Of a DNA stretch of 64,000 bases, positions 1 through 11,935 are shown piece by piece. Under the pieces are notes generated by a model. It made no database searches, was not told where the DNA came from, and saw only the letters and a list, made by a program, of their open reading frames with translations. Source of the DNA: Podarcis tiliguerta (lineage: Eukaryota); NCBI GenBank assembly GCA_965153285.1, contig OZ229115.1. One strand, written 5' to 3'. Position 1 is the stretch's first letter, and each line of letters opens with the position of its first letter. Made by a program: the position numbers and the translations under genes.

Positions 1-595
1 TAGGAAATGTTGAAATGTTTCATTTAATCCAAACAGAGTTTAGTGGATTAAGTCTCTTTCCATATGTTATCTCAGGCAGCTTTAGAAACTAATGCAATTT
101 CTAGAGCCAATTTCTTGGTTAGTTCTGTCGGCTTTGAGGACTGCCTTATATGCTGTTCATATTATCCTTGGAGGATTGAATTATTTCCTTGAGTGCAGGG
201 TGGCAGAGCTAACACAGTTGAGAGGAAAATCCAAATCCCTTCATTTTCACCAGTTCTTCATATTGCTTAAGATTATGATTGGGGGGAGGGGATGGCACCT
301 CTGTTGTGTCCTTATTTTTAAAATTCTGATAGGGAAACACAACACCTGACATTTTATCATCTAGTGAAGTAGTCTTCATATGCCAGGGATAGGAGGACAT
401 GTTGAAGTGTTTATGAGAAATATGCAAATACCAAATACAATTGGTTTTTTAAATGGTGGCAATCAGTCCAAGCTGAACATAAGCTGAACAAAGTCCACTT
501 GGTCTTCTTGTGTCATGTGCAAAATAATGACTGATCTGTAGTAAAAATATGACCTGTAGTTTTATGGATCAACGTTGCTACACAATAATAATGTG

Positions 596-738
596 GAAAG
601 TTCCAGGTTCAATCCCTGGCATCTCCAGTTAGGGTTGGAAAAGACTCTTACCTGAAACCTTGAAGAGCCATGTTGGGCAACACTGAGCTGGATAACGAAT
701 GATCCGAATCAGTATAAGGCAGCTTTCCTTATTCCTAA
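596..738 (+). mobile_element. Squamate tRNA-derived SINE (Squam2-like), 5' truncated
   Basis: B-box-like ccaggttcaatccctggc followed by gcatctccag...tcagtataaggcagcttt, typical of lizard SINEs. Confidence 0.65.
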
Positions 739-759
739 CGTTGTGTCATAAAAAGCTGA

Positions 760-1215
760 TGTTATATTCATACGTATTAAAAGAGCAGCTGTTTCCAAGA
801 CTCAAGAAGCAATAAGGACACATAGCATTCATGGGAGATTCAACTGCAAAAGTCGTTGAACTGACATTAGAAAGGATTTAGAAGTGAGAGACAAGAGAGA
901 CAAAGAATCCAGAAGGCAAATTATCTGAGGAAATGTGGGAGAAATCATGCATTTTTTTAGTCCAGAAAAGAAAACTGAGGGAAACAGTATGAGTTTTCAG
1001 GCAGAGTTGTTCACTCCGAGAAAAGGGCAATATGTAAGGGTTAATTTATGTGAAGCATTAGGATCGACTTTCTAACTGTAAGAAACCTGATGAGGGAACA
1101 TTGGAGGTATCGGCTAAGTAATCTTCAGTTAATGCTTTAATGGTAATGCATTAGGTATAGAATATCCTGGTCTAGGGCAAAAGCTGGACCAGATGATTCA
1201 CTGGACCCCCTTCCT
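760..1215 (+). mobile_element. Highly decayed CR1 LINE 3' fragment
   Basis: Remnants resembling the CR1 ORF2 C-terminus and 3' UTR (tttagtccagaaaag..., tttctaactgtaaga, ggaccagatga). Confidence 0.45.
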
Positions 1216-1389
1216 TTGGGAAGCAATCGGGAAGCATGATTTCTATGGGCACTTTCCAGCCTATGTTAAAGACTTTAATGCCTGATTTAAACAGCAGATT
1301 TCTCTCATTCTAATATCAAGTGAACTTTGTATATGCTTCTTTTAGGATGGATTGTGTTCCATTTATGTATTAAATTTCTTAGACACTTC

Positions 1390-1930
1390 TCCAGACACAT
1401 GCTGATGGTGCCCAGAAATTTGATTTTATCATGTCAAGCATGTGTGATTTGCACTGACCGCTGATTAGTTTCCAGGTTCAATTCAGGATATTGGTATTAG
1501 CCACAAAGCTTTCAATGGATTGGGATGTAGGTATCTCATGGACTAGCTTTTTCAGCAGGCTTCTCTGCTCCACAAGTTGCAATCATCATCTGAGACTCTG
1601 CTGCAGGTCCTACAGCCTAATGAGGTGAAGGTAGTGTCAGCTAGGCTTAGGGCTTTTCCCCATGTAGCACCCACCCTATGGAATGTCCTGACAAAAGAGA
1701 AATGTTAAGCTCCTTCACTGTATTATTTCAAGTGTCTGGTGAAGTCATGATTTTGTTATAGGGATTTTGGCTTATTAAAAAGCTTTTGTAACGGCTTAGG
1801 TTATGTCTATTTATTGACTGTTGGGATTTGTTGACTTGTGGTTTGCTGTATTGGATTTAGTTCAGAGTGTTCTTGTATTATTATTTAATATGTTGAATGG
1901 CCTTTCGTTTATTTGGAAAATAACATGTGG
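1390..1930 (+). mobile_element. L2 LINE 3' fragment
   Basis: Decayed LHWLP..FRVQFK.LV...KA.NGLG-type ORF2 end (tgcactgaccgctgattagtttccaggttcaattcagg) followed by a T-rich 3' UTR. Confidence 0.7.
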
Positions 1931-2719
1931 TGAATGCTACTAACAGTGACAATCTTTTAAAAACCAGTATAGAAGCAAAGTTGAAATATAATAAATATAC
2001 TAGCATATTCAAAAGAGCCCAGCAGAAATATTAGCAAATGAAAATGCTTTTAGTTGCTGGTGGAAACTATTTAATGAAGGGGACACTCTTATCTCTCAAG
2101 GGAGTTGTGGATCTAAAATGAAATTGTGAAAGACCTACTTGTAATGGATAATCTACTTAATCACAAAAGCATGGTTAACTCAACTGACACAAAGAGCGCA
2201 GACTGACTACATAAAGATCATAAAAAAATTCAGGTCAGCTGCTTACATGTCAATGTTTAATGAGGAGATGGCAGTCTCCACAGTTTCAGTGTCACACTGA
2301 ATCTAAAACTGAGATGTTTGCGTCTTGCATTATGTCCAATGCACAACCGTACAGTATAAAACTAAAAAAGAGCACTTGGAACAATTCTAATTTAAACCAA
2401 AACAAATGCAAGGCACTAGCTCAGAAAAACACACACAGCAGACTCTTAACAGTGAAGGAACAATTGTTGGACTCAACTCAATGCTGTCAATCTTTAACAA
2501 TTACGCCGAAAAAAAGGTGGTGCTTAAGTAATAGAAATATTTTGAAGGAAACTCTGTGAATGCTAAGTAACACCAACAAATATGTAAGAAAAGCGAAGGA
2601 AGAGTGTAAGGAAGAAAGCTGAGAAATTTAAAGTGACAACATTAAACTTTAATGCTCTGAAAGATATAGGATGAGAATATCATAGAAAGTGGCTACTCTC
2701 ACATGATTTTTTATGGGCT

Positions 2720-3030
2720 GGGCCTTTGTAGTGAAGGCACCATATTTGTGAAATAAACTCCCGGGGGGGGGGGTAATCTGCCATGCTCCCTTTTTCTATT
2801 TTTAGACACCAACTAAAGCCTTTTTCAAAAATCAGCTGGCTTTCAACACATGGTCTGCTATTTTAATTGCTATGGTCTGCTGCTTTTAGATTGTTACTAT
2901 AATTGACGTATAAGTACTTCCATTTTATTGTTTTGTTTTTTGTATGACTTCTATATCAAATTGTATGTGTGTGTGTGTTTTTATAAGCCATTTGGTTGTT
3001 TTACTGAAAAGCTGGGTAAATTCTTTTTAA
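2720..3030 (+). mobile_element. L2 LINE 3' end fragment
   Basis: ggccttt..gtg..ggcacc...tgaaataaactccc pattern and taagccatttgg tail. Confidence 0.5.
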
Positions 3031-4159
3031 ACGTTATATACTTCAGCAAATAAACATATCTAGGTGATTCAGTCCTAGCAAATTTCCAGGGAACATGTTT
3101 TCACTCCAAGGAAACTATTCATTCCAATTGGAAGCAAGGGGTAATTCCTGACAGCATAATATCTATTTATTTAACAAACAGAATTTGTATACTGCGTAAC
3201 ATATGCAACTGTTTTGAGTTGCAATAGTAGTTATACAAATATGCATTCCTTGCCAGGTTGCGCAAAGATTCCACAGGATTCCACAAAGCATGTAAACTGA
3301 TGTACAAGCTAACCTATGTTGAAGACCAGTTGTTTATCAGAGAAGGATAGAGTGCATGTTCACTCTTATAAATTTCAAAAACTGATTAATGCAATGCTCT
3401 GTTGCTCAGTCCTATCTGTTCACTCACCCCTTTCTTAGTTCTCAAATTATTCAGCTCATTTAATCTATTCCACTTGTTGCTATAATTTAATTCTTAATTT
3501 AAACTTGACTTCTTATTGCTTTCTATTTAAATGTTATCTATTGAATTTCAAAAGTTTAATTCTCTCTGTCCTACTCATGTAGCCATTCATCCCCTTCTCT
3601 TCCCTTTCTTGCTTTTCTGGTTCCTCCATTTCCCAACTGTACCATTTTTTCTTGGTTGTTCTCTTCTTTTTGTTGTGCTTTACCCCTTTACCTATTCCAC
3701 TCAACTGTTGGTGCATTTAGATGTCCAATTAAAACTTCACCAATTTTCTTTAATTGATCTCACACCTTTATCATTTCCCATCGCGAATCTTTTTTCTTTA
3801 TATGTCTTGTCTTAGAATTGTAAGCCTGCATCTTTTCATTTTGTTTTATATACAACTAGTTTATATAGGTGCTTTAGAAATAATAGGATAATGCTGCTTG
3901 ACAGTTCACAGCAGGTGATGAACATGATGCAAAACCGAGTGGTGTTGGTTTGTTATAGTTGCTTTTTTATTGACATCAGGAGTAAACTGGTAGAAAGCAA
4001 GCACTGCTGCAGAAAGAAGCATTAAGTGTGAGATTATTTGGCTTAACAAAGTCTTATAAAGGTAGCATGAATCTAGCTAAATATGAAGTGCTGGAAAATC
4101 CCTAACTAGAAGAAAACTTTTCAAACTGAGAGATCAAGTAACCATGGCAGTTCATTGAG

Positions 4160-4310
4160 TAGATAGAATATGGTCTATCTGACAGGCAGGAGCTCTTGCA
4201 GGATTTCAAGTAGTAGCCTTTCTCAGTCCTGTTACCTGTGTTTTTAAATAGACACCAGTGATTGAACCTTCAGCATTCAAAGCATAAGATCTACACTAAA
4301 CTATGCCCCA
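4160..4310 (-). mobile_element. Degenerate Squam2-like SINE
   Basis: Reverse-strand similarity to the 596-738 element (gattgaacct...ctacactaaactatg). Confidence 0.45.
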
Positions 4311-4899
4311 TTAATGGATTGCTAACTTCTGTGTTATTTTGCACTACTCATTCAACAGGATGTTTGAATCCTTTAGGAAGCCATTGGCTCCAATCTGCTG
4401 CCCCACATTTACACCTGCTAGCCTACATTTCTCCTCAAACCCTAATCTATTTGGAAATCCCCGCATTTGCTTTCTAGCTGTTATTTTTATTTGTCTCAGC
4501 TTTTTAGGGATCTCATTTTGCTAAGATGCAGGTAAGTAGTTTGTCTCCCTCCCTAGGGAGAATCTTACTTTTATTATCTATCTTTGGGGGCACCTTTGTT
4601 CTCCTCATTGCATCGCAATTCTACTTTTTCAATCAGGCTGCTGCTGCTGTTTCTCTGTGTTTATTAAGGGACTTATAGGCCACGTCCAAAACAGCCCTTA
4701 TTTTGCAGGATACCTGCAGTTGGCAGCAGAGCATAATGTTATTTTATCGTTTTAGGAAGAGAATACATCCAAGCCCCAGGAGGAGATGTCTTGAAAGACA
4801 TCTCCCCCTACCCTTCTACAGCTCCATTTTGTATATTTAGGCTCTGCCCTACAGCCTCCCCACCCCACCCCACCCCTGGAGAGGACCCAAACTAGCATT

Positions 4900-6260
4900 T
4901 TGCAGGACGGAAGTTCCGCTGGCATGCCTTGCCGCCTCCTTAACCCTCTCCTACTCTTGCTTTAGCTGGGGGAGCCGCAGCTGTTGCTTTGCCGCACAGG
5001 ATCAGGTACAAACAAGACTAACCACCCGCTCCCTTTAGCATGTCGTGTGGGGATTACGGGGAATCCCAGGGGAAGTTTCCATTGAGCGGTGGGGAAGGGA
5101 AGCGTGCCCTGACCCCAACATGCCGCGCTTCAGCTTCCCAGGACAGTCTCTCGGTGCCTGTGGAATTCTCAACCCTTTGCCCGCCTCCCTACCCCCATCC
5201 CCCCGGTCAAAGGCGAGTTAACTTTTCCACGGTACCCACCTTTGGGTTGGGTGGGGAAGCGAGGCTGCCTGCAAGCAGCGATGTGCTCTTCGCAAAAGCT
5301 TTATCTGGCCCCGGTCACCCACGGATGCCATTGGCATTTTGCACAAGCCTACACGCATTGCCGCATTCGGACGAGAATTTTTCCTCCTAGCGGCTAGCGT
5401 CTCAATCAGCCTACAATAGGTCGGATGTGCTACGTCTGGTCCCTTCTCCTCCCTTCCTGACTTCCTTCCCTTCCCTCTTTCCCAGTGTCTGGGATTCCAG
5501 TCCATACCTTTCTTATTCTGCCCCCCGACCCTTCCTAATCTCTGCAGAGGACGCTGGTCCTCCCACGCTATTCCTCAATTGGCTACACAGGATATCTAAC
5601 GCCCCGCCTAAAGGGGGGAGCGGGGAGAACCGGAGAGGGAAAATAAAAGGATGCGGCCCCACTGATTGGACGGCCCTCGCCCCCCTCCGCTCCTCGCGTC
5701 ACATGATTGGACAGCTGAGGGCCTCCGTCTTTGGTACGCTTGAGTGGAGGACCCTCCTTGCCTCTGATTGGGCGGCAGGGAGCCCCCCGCGCTCCCGCAG
5801 TCGCTGAGCGCTTTGTGGAGAATGCCCCTCGCCTTTCTCCATTGGCCATCGGAAGTCCCGCCTTGTTGTGCGATTGGTGACCGAGGCCCCCCCCCCTCCT
5901 GCCCCTGAGGCCGGCTAGTACTGCCGCCGCTGCCCGGCCCGGCATGGCGGGCGGCGGGGCAGCCAGAACCCGAACCCGGAGGAAGGGCGGCCGGGATCCC
6001 CCTGATGCTCTGGTGAGGAGATGGGAGGCGGAGGGAGGCGGTATCCGTTCCGGGGTAGTGGTGGTGGTGCAGGAGGAGGAGGAGGAAGCAGCGAGCGAGC
6101 GCTTCAGTTCTGCATCCAATGTGTTTTCTCTGCCCAGGTCAACCTCTCGCCTCGCAGTGATTTTTTCTTATTTACGTCCCTGCCGTCCTGCTCTTCTTTT
6201 TCTTCCTCCTCCTCCACCACCTCACGTGGACCCTGCCTTGCCAGGAGTCTTCTCTTGAGA
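4900..6260 (+). promoter_or_regulatory. ST3GAL3: CpG-island promoter of ST3GAL3, TATA-less, with multiple CCAAT (NF-Y) boxes, GC boxes and an ETS site
   Basis: Sharp rise in GC and CpG content against an AT-rich background. ATTGG at 5330, 5578, 5665, 5706, 5767, 5841 and 5873; GCCCCGCC at 5601; CGGAAGT at 5850 next to CCCGCC at 5857. Lies ~6 kb upstream of the first coding exon. Confidence 0.85.
5900..6012 (+). other. ST3GAL3: Probable non-coding exon 1 (5' UTR); start is approximate
   Basis: GC-rich segment just downstream of the CCAAT cluster ending at a donor-like CTG|gtgagg (6012/6013). An alternative donor AGA|gtgagg exists at 6260/6261. The acceptor at 11790 requires an upstream exon. 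Confidence 0.45.
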
Positions 6261-8761
6261 GTGAGGAAATGAGGGATCCCATGAGACTTCAGGGATTTCC
6301 TTCCTTTCTCACTCTCAAGAGAAGACCCATTAAAGTACACCCCATATGTGTGGCCAGAACCTCCTTTTTTCACCAGAGGAGCGCCTCGCCTCCCATCTTT
6401 CCCCTTCCCATCAAACATACAGCCTCAGGCTCGCCATCTAAACAACTCCCTTTGGGTCACCCACCGAGCACTGTACTGCGATTTCAGAATCTTCCTGTCT
6501 TGGTTTTAGCTCCTGAATGGGATCTAGTACTTGTATGGGTGGATGATCACACGACTGGGCCGGTAGGGAGACAATCGGTCTTTGAGTGTTACCCCAGGAC
6601 TCTTCCCAGAAAGGGGGTTGTATCTCGCCAAGCTAATATGTGTTCCTCTGTGCCAACATTTTCTGTGTAGCAGTGAATGGAAGATGAGAGGTCATGAGGG
6701 AGGAAGAAATAAGCAAGAATGATGATTAAATCTGGGGTGTGCCTCTTTTTTCGCCTTATGGTTATTTCATACGTGATTGCACTTTATGGGTTAACTGTTC
6801 ACCCGTGTGACTGTTCACATGCTAGTTCATTTCCAAATAAATTCTCCAACTGCATTATTATTCATTCAGTGACCCAAAGGGAAAGGTCAACAAAACGCTG
6901 ACTGTAATTGTAACACAAGCCTTTTTTAGTTGGAATGCAGAGGAAACCTTGAAGGGCTCTATTCAGAAATGCATCTCCATTTGCCAAAACTACCTTTATA
7001 ACCTTTGTAGGCTAACGACAGAGCTCCTTTAAAAAATGAACCCTTTGGATCCTGCCATATGTTGCAGAAGCATTGGCAACATTTATGTAGAAAGTAGCTG
7101 GAGAATTTGCTGATAAGAGAAATCAATAACACCTGACCAGAGTACTCACTGACCAAAGGTATTCCAAATCTGTTCCATGCATGATTTGGAGCCTAGTTTT
7201 CTCTGAAGTACTTGAACTTTTTACTTAATGTACTAGTTTAAATGTGCAGGGAGGTTTTGGGATTTTTTTTTAAAAATGGAGACACATTTAATGTGAACAC
7301 TTATCCTAAAGAATAATTCCTGAGAACAGAAGGAGATTAATGAAAAACTTTCCTTTCAGGAAGGAATTTGATCTAAAAACCTATGGTCGGCCAGCCTTCT
7401 ATAAATTGAAACTAAAGTGCTGATGGTTACCTTTAAAATCCCAAATGGCTTGAGACCTGAGCACCAGAAGGAATTCTTTCTCGTATTTGAGACTGTCCAG
7501 ATACAGAGGCCCTCTTCTGCCACCATCTAAATTATTATAGTTTTATTATTGCTAGAAGGTTTCTTGGGAGTTGTCAAATGGAAATTTGACATATAAATAT
7601 TTTAATTTTATAAATAAACCCATGCGTTCCCTGTTTTGCAATCCTGATAGAGTAAAGGTGTGAAGACCCAGAAAAATGTATATGTATATGTATGTGTGTG
7701 TGTGGTGGGGGGGAAAATCTGTCTATCTACATGTTCACATGTATATATATACTTGTTAGATTTATGAAATGCATTCTATGTTTATTATTCAAACAATGGT
7801 CACACCTGTACTCCATGTAATTATAACTTGCTTGTTGAGATATGGTACAGAAAATAGTTCTTAGGGTGTGCAAAACAGTTAAAGTTTACATCTCTGTACC
7901 AGTGCAAAGCTAGTGCACTTTCTCTGAGTGTGAAAAAGGCAAGTCTGTGCATGTGTACTCGGAAGCATATTCTATTGAGTTCAATTGGAATTTCTCTCAG
8001 GAGAGTATGTGTAGGATTGCAGCTTGACTTATGCATACATTTAGTATGGGAACTTACCAGGCAATGAGATGAGGTAATCAAGAGGTCAGAAGTGGGATTC
8101 CATCAGTGTGCATTTGCTGGGTTGTTGTGTGTCCCACTGTACATCACACTGATCTTTAGTTGAATCTCTTCAACAATTATTTTATCTAGTCTAGTAGAGA
8201 TCTTCATAGAGCTCTTCACAATTTGTGTGGGATTTTGTTAAAGATTTGGTGACAGTTGTATATTTGACTATTTTACTGTTGTGATTTCAGGCCATTTTTA
8301 AAAAACAAGTTACATTGGACTAGTCCCAATATTGACCTTTGTGCTTTAATGCTAAGAGCGGTGCCCAAACCAGTCAGAACAGACAAAAGAGATGGCCTTG
8401 AGTTGAACTTAAGAGGGCTGGACTTACAGCTATATTTAAAAAAAAGTTTGAATAAATTTCTTCCAACTTTATTATTGTTCTCCTTGGTGCTTTTGTGTGA
8501 TGAGGCGTAAGTCTAAATCTCAAGATACTTTCATCATTCCTTTAAATTAAGGAATCTGTTTTGATCATGTATTAGCTTTTCTGCTCTCGAGGGGTAGAGC
8601 ATTTATTATGGGCTAAAACTCGCGTGTGTGAGTCCTTCAGCTGACACAATTTTGCTAGTAATATCAAAACAAGGATGGTGAGAACATGAGTCACTCTTAC
8701 AACTCTCTTACAAGTGTGCCTAGAAATTTAGTATTAATGGAGCAAAGTGTGGTGTATTAAT

Positions 8762-9057
8762 GGAGAGCCAGTGTGGTGTAGTGGTTGAGAGCGGTAGACT
8801 TGTAATCTGGGGAACCAGGTTCGCGTCTCCGCTCCTCCACATGCAGCTGCTGGGTGACCTTGGGCCAATCACACTTCTCTGAAGTCTCTCAGCCCCACTC
8901 ACCTCACAGAGTGTTTGTTGTGGGGGAGGAAGGGAAAGGAGAATGTTAGCCGCTTTGAGACACCTTCGGGTAGTGATAAAAGTGGGATATCAAATCCAAA
9001 CTCCTCCTCCTCCTCTTCTTCTTCTTCTTCTTCTTCTTCTTCTTCTTCTTCTTCTTC
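8762..9057 (+). mobile_element. Squam3-type tRNA-derived SINE with (CTC)n/(CTT)n tail
   Basis: A-box tggtgtagtgg, B-box-like ggttcgcgtctcc, gggtgaccttgggc core, L2-like 3' end (tgttagccgctttgag) and a long CTT tail. CpGs are retained, so the copy is young. Confidence 0.85.
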
Positions 9058-11790
9058 AAAGAGATGTGAGTAACTTTTCCTAATCCAGACGAAATAGTTA
9101 TGCAAGAAATGTGCTCTAGTCAGCTGGAACTTGTTTCTGTGAAGCAGGCCTTTTTCTGCTGTATCTTGGAAGAGGCCGAGACTTTTACTTTCCTGCATAG
9201 CACAGTGCCAAGCTTCCTGCACTTTGCCCCTCCTCCCTTTTTTCAGTGCAGGTGATGTTCTCTGTTCAGAAGCTAGGAGAGTAGCAGATCCCCACCTATG
9301 CTGTTGCACGGGCCACTACTGCATTCTGTTTGCATAATGACCAGCTAGATGCCTATGGAAAGCCCAGGTCTGGATATAATGCCAAACCGTGGTTTGGTGT
9401 AATGTTTCAATCAGCTTTAGGCTGAAGTCCTATACACATTTATCTTGGAATCAGTCTCATTGAACGCACTGAGGGTTAGTTCTGAGTATAGAATTTCAAG
9501 TATAGGATTTCATATCAGAAGGGTCTGTTTTGTGTTTTGTTTTATGTAGTGGCATTTTCTTTTTCAGCTGAATGGTCAAGGAAACAAAGAGAATAATTTT
9601 TGAATCAAATATCTAATTTTTGTTTAAACCCACTAGTAAATTTTGTGGTGCAATAATGCGTTTGTGCCAGTTTTGGTAGCATACAATACTTTCGTTACTG
9701 CTCCGGGGAGATTTTTATTGGAAGAGCTCTAGCGATCAGAATTAAATGTTCTTACCTTAAGCAACTCTGCCCTTTGTTATTAAATGCTGAATTTGCCTTA
9801 TAATTAGAAGATGCAGGACTCTCTTTGAGCAATGCCACTGTTGAAGTTTAAGCTCCACCCTTCCTCCTGAATGCTACAGTTACAAAGGAGGCTGTTAGAT
9901 TTCTTCCTGGCTTTTCTAAATGTGATTCTGGAGCTCCAGCTGGCTGTCAGATGGGATTTCTGAAATATCTTTCTCTTCACAACAAACTGGTGGGAAGGAA
10001 GTGAACAAGCAGTGCAACAGCGGGATGCATATAGTACATAGAGGTGTTCAAGGCATGAGCTTTCCTGGTCAATTATTCATATAGGATACTGGAGCATAGG
10101 GGGTCTGCTTTGAAATAGGCAGGGGTCTCTGGACTACTTGAGGGGGCCTTCAGCATTCATCAGTCATGTCTTGTAATGTTATATGTGAGGAATGTGGGTG
10201 GAAGTTCTTTGTGTTTGTCTCTTGCAGTCTGTTTGAAGCAGGTGTCCTGAAATGGGATTTGGAAAATGTACAGGGTATCAGATAATTGGAAATAGTGGCC
10301 AGACGTCAAATGCTGGCAGAATACTGAAGTTCAAGCCAGCTTGCATTTCTTTTTTTTAGAGTTCCTGTATATGGCCAGTACTTGGTATGCTAGTACTTAT
10401 TTTCTTTAGTTGCTGAAAGTCAAGAGGAGCTCTGTCATTTAATTTCCTAATCATTTGCTCATTCTTGCTTTGTAAGTGATCTGATAAATATATACTAAAC
10501 GTGAGTCCATCACTTGTTGAGAAAATCTTTGCACATGTAAAGTTAATAAACCTTCTATGAGAGAAGGTTAATTTTATTTCTTTTTCACATGGAAACTAAA
10601 TCTGACATGATGAAGATACCAAGTACCTAGTGGCTTTAAGAAATATATGGTGCTACATTGGTTGAATTAAGATGTTAGTCAAAACCATGGTTTGGAAGAC
10701 TGGGAACAAGCCACGGGCCTTGAATCCTCTCTTCTCATTCCTTGCTTTCCTCATTCATGTGTACAGATTATGGACAGCGGATTAGTATTTTTCCATTTAG
10801 AGTTATCTCCATTCTTATTGCTATTGAGAGATGAGCAATTATTTCCAGAATTTTTGGCTTCAAAATGGGATAGATTCTAATTAAGGCATATGCCAAGTTG
10901 CTATTATGCCCATAGTTTTTTAGACAGTTGTAGAAAATGCAGGTCTTGTTAGCACCTGCTCTGCCACATCTCCATTGACTGCTGTAGCCAAGGACATACT
11001 GGTACATTTCATTTAATCTTAAAATATCAGTGGTGCTCGGCTGTGTAGAAGCTTTGTCTCAGAATTAAGTATTATTAATTTGGGGGGAAATGTTGCTATA
11101 ACCCTGTATTCCATTGCATTATGGTGTTGAAAGAGTCATGGGCTATATTACTGAGGGTAAATGGCTATTAGAAAGTTTAAATGAATGTGAATGGTACTTT
11201 TAAGATTTGTGTGAATTAAAGCCAGCAAGTTCTTGGGAAAATAATTTCATATACTCAATATTTTTTATTTCATTCTATTTAAATTAATTATCTTATGCCA
11301 TTTATCTCGTGTTGTGGAATATTTTTTGACTTTTAGTATAGCTTGTTCTGAGTTTTTATAATTGAGGTCATGTGATATAGAGCAGTGGATTTTCTAAACA
11401 TAGTGATCTAGGAATGAGTTGGCTTCCTATGGACTCTGATAGCTTCTAAGAATAGCATTTATAGACCAATGCTTGGAGGAGCAACCCCTGATTTATTTAT
11501 TTATTTCTCGCATACAGACAGTTACTCAGATTTTTTTCCTGTTGTTACTTGTTTTTTTCACAGACTGTTACTCAGAAATGTATCATGTTCATTTAAATGG
11601 AACTTAATTCCATGCAAGAGACATAAAATTGTGATCTTGCTGTTGCTGATAAGAGTATCTACATAATATGCATGTTATGAAGGGAACAGATTTGCTGCTT
11701 GTTATTTTATGTGTGTGTGTGTATTAGGCTGCAGAGGGTTCAGTAAGCAAACTAGAAAATGCAAGGCTCAAACTGGTTTCTTTCCTCCAG

Positions 11791-11820
11791 GTATTATAAA
11801 AGAGACAACCCTATATGAAG
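11791..11820 (+). other. ST3GAL3: 5' UTR part of exon 2
   Basis: Acceptor tttctttcctccag| ends at 11790. In-frame TAA at 11797-11799 precedes ATGs at 11815 and 11821. Confidence 0.85.
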
Positions 11821-11935
11821 ATGGGACTACTGGTGTACATGCGTAACCTGCTACTAGCCCTCTGTCTCTTTCTGGTGCTGGGCTTTCTGTATTATTCAGC
11901 TTGGAAACTGCATCTTCTCCGATGGGAGGATTCAA
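11821..11935 (+). CDS. ST3GAL3: ST3GAL3 first coding exon: cytoplasmic tail and type II signal anchor
   Basis: Translates MGLLVYMRNLLLALCLFLVLGFLYYSAWKLHLLRWEDS, matching the recalled vertebrate ST3GAL3 N-terminus (human MGLLVFVRNLLLALCLFLVLGFLYYSAWKLHLLQWEEDS). Kozak context aagATGG; donor A|gtaagt, phase 1. Confidence 0.97.

Noticed and set aside
5040-6670. Cluster of overlapping 80-180 aa ORFs on both strands
   Set aside because: Expected from stop-codon scarcity in a GC-rich CpG island; low-complexity products with no homology. Only the 5944 ATG is kept, as a uORF candidate.
8762-8840. tRNA-like sequence
   Set aside because: Head of a tRNA-derived SINE continuing into SINE body; not a tRNA gene. 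The same applies at 48225 and 50341.
8899-9309. Poly-Glu ORF on the minus strand
   Set aside because: Translation of the SINE (CTT)n tail.
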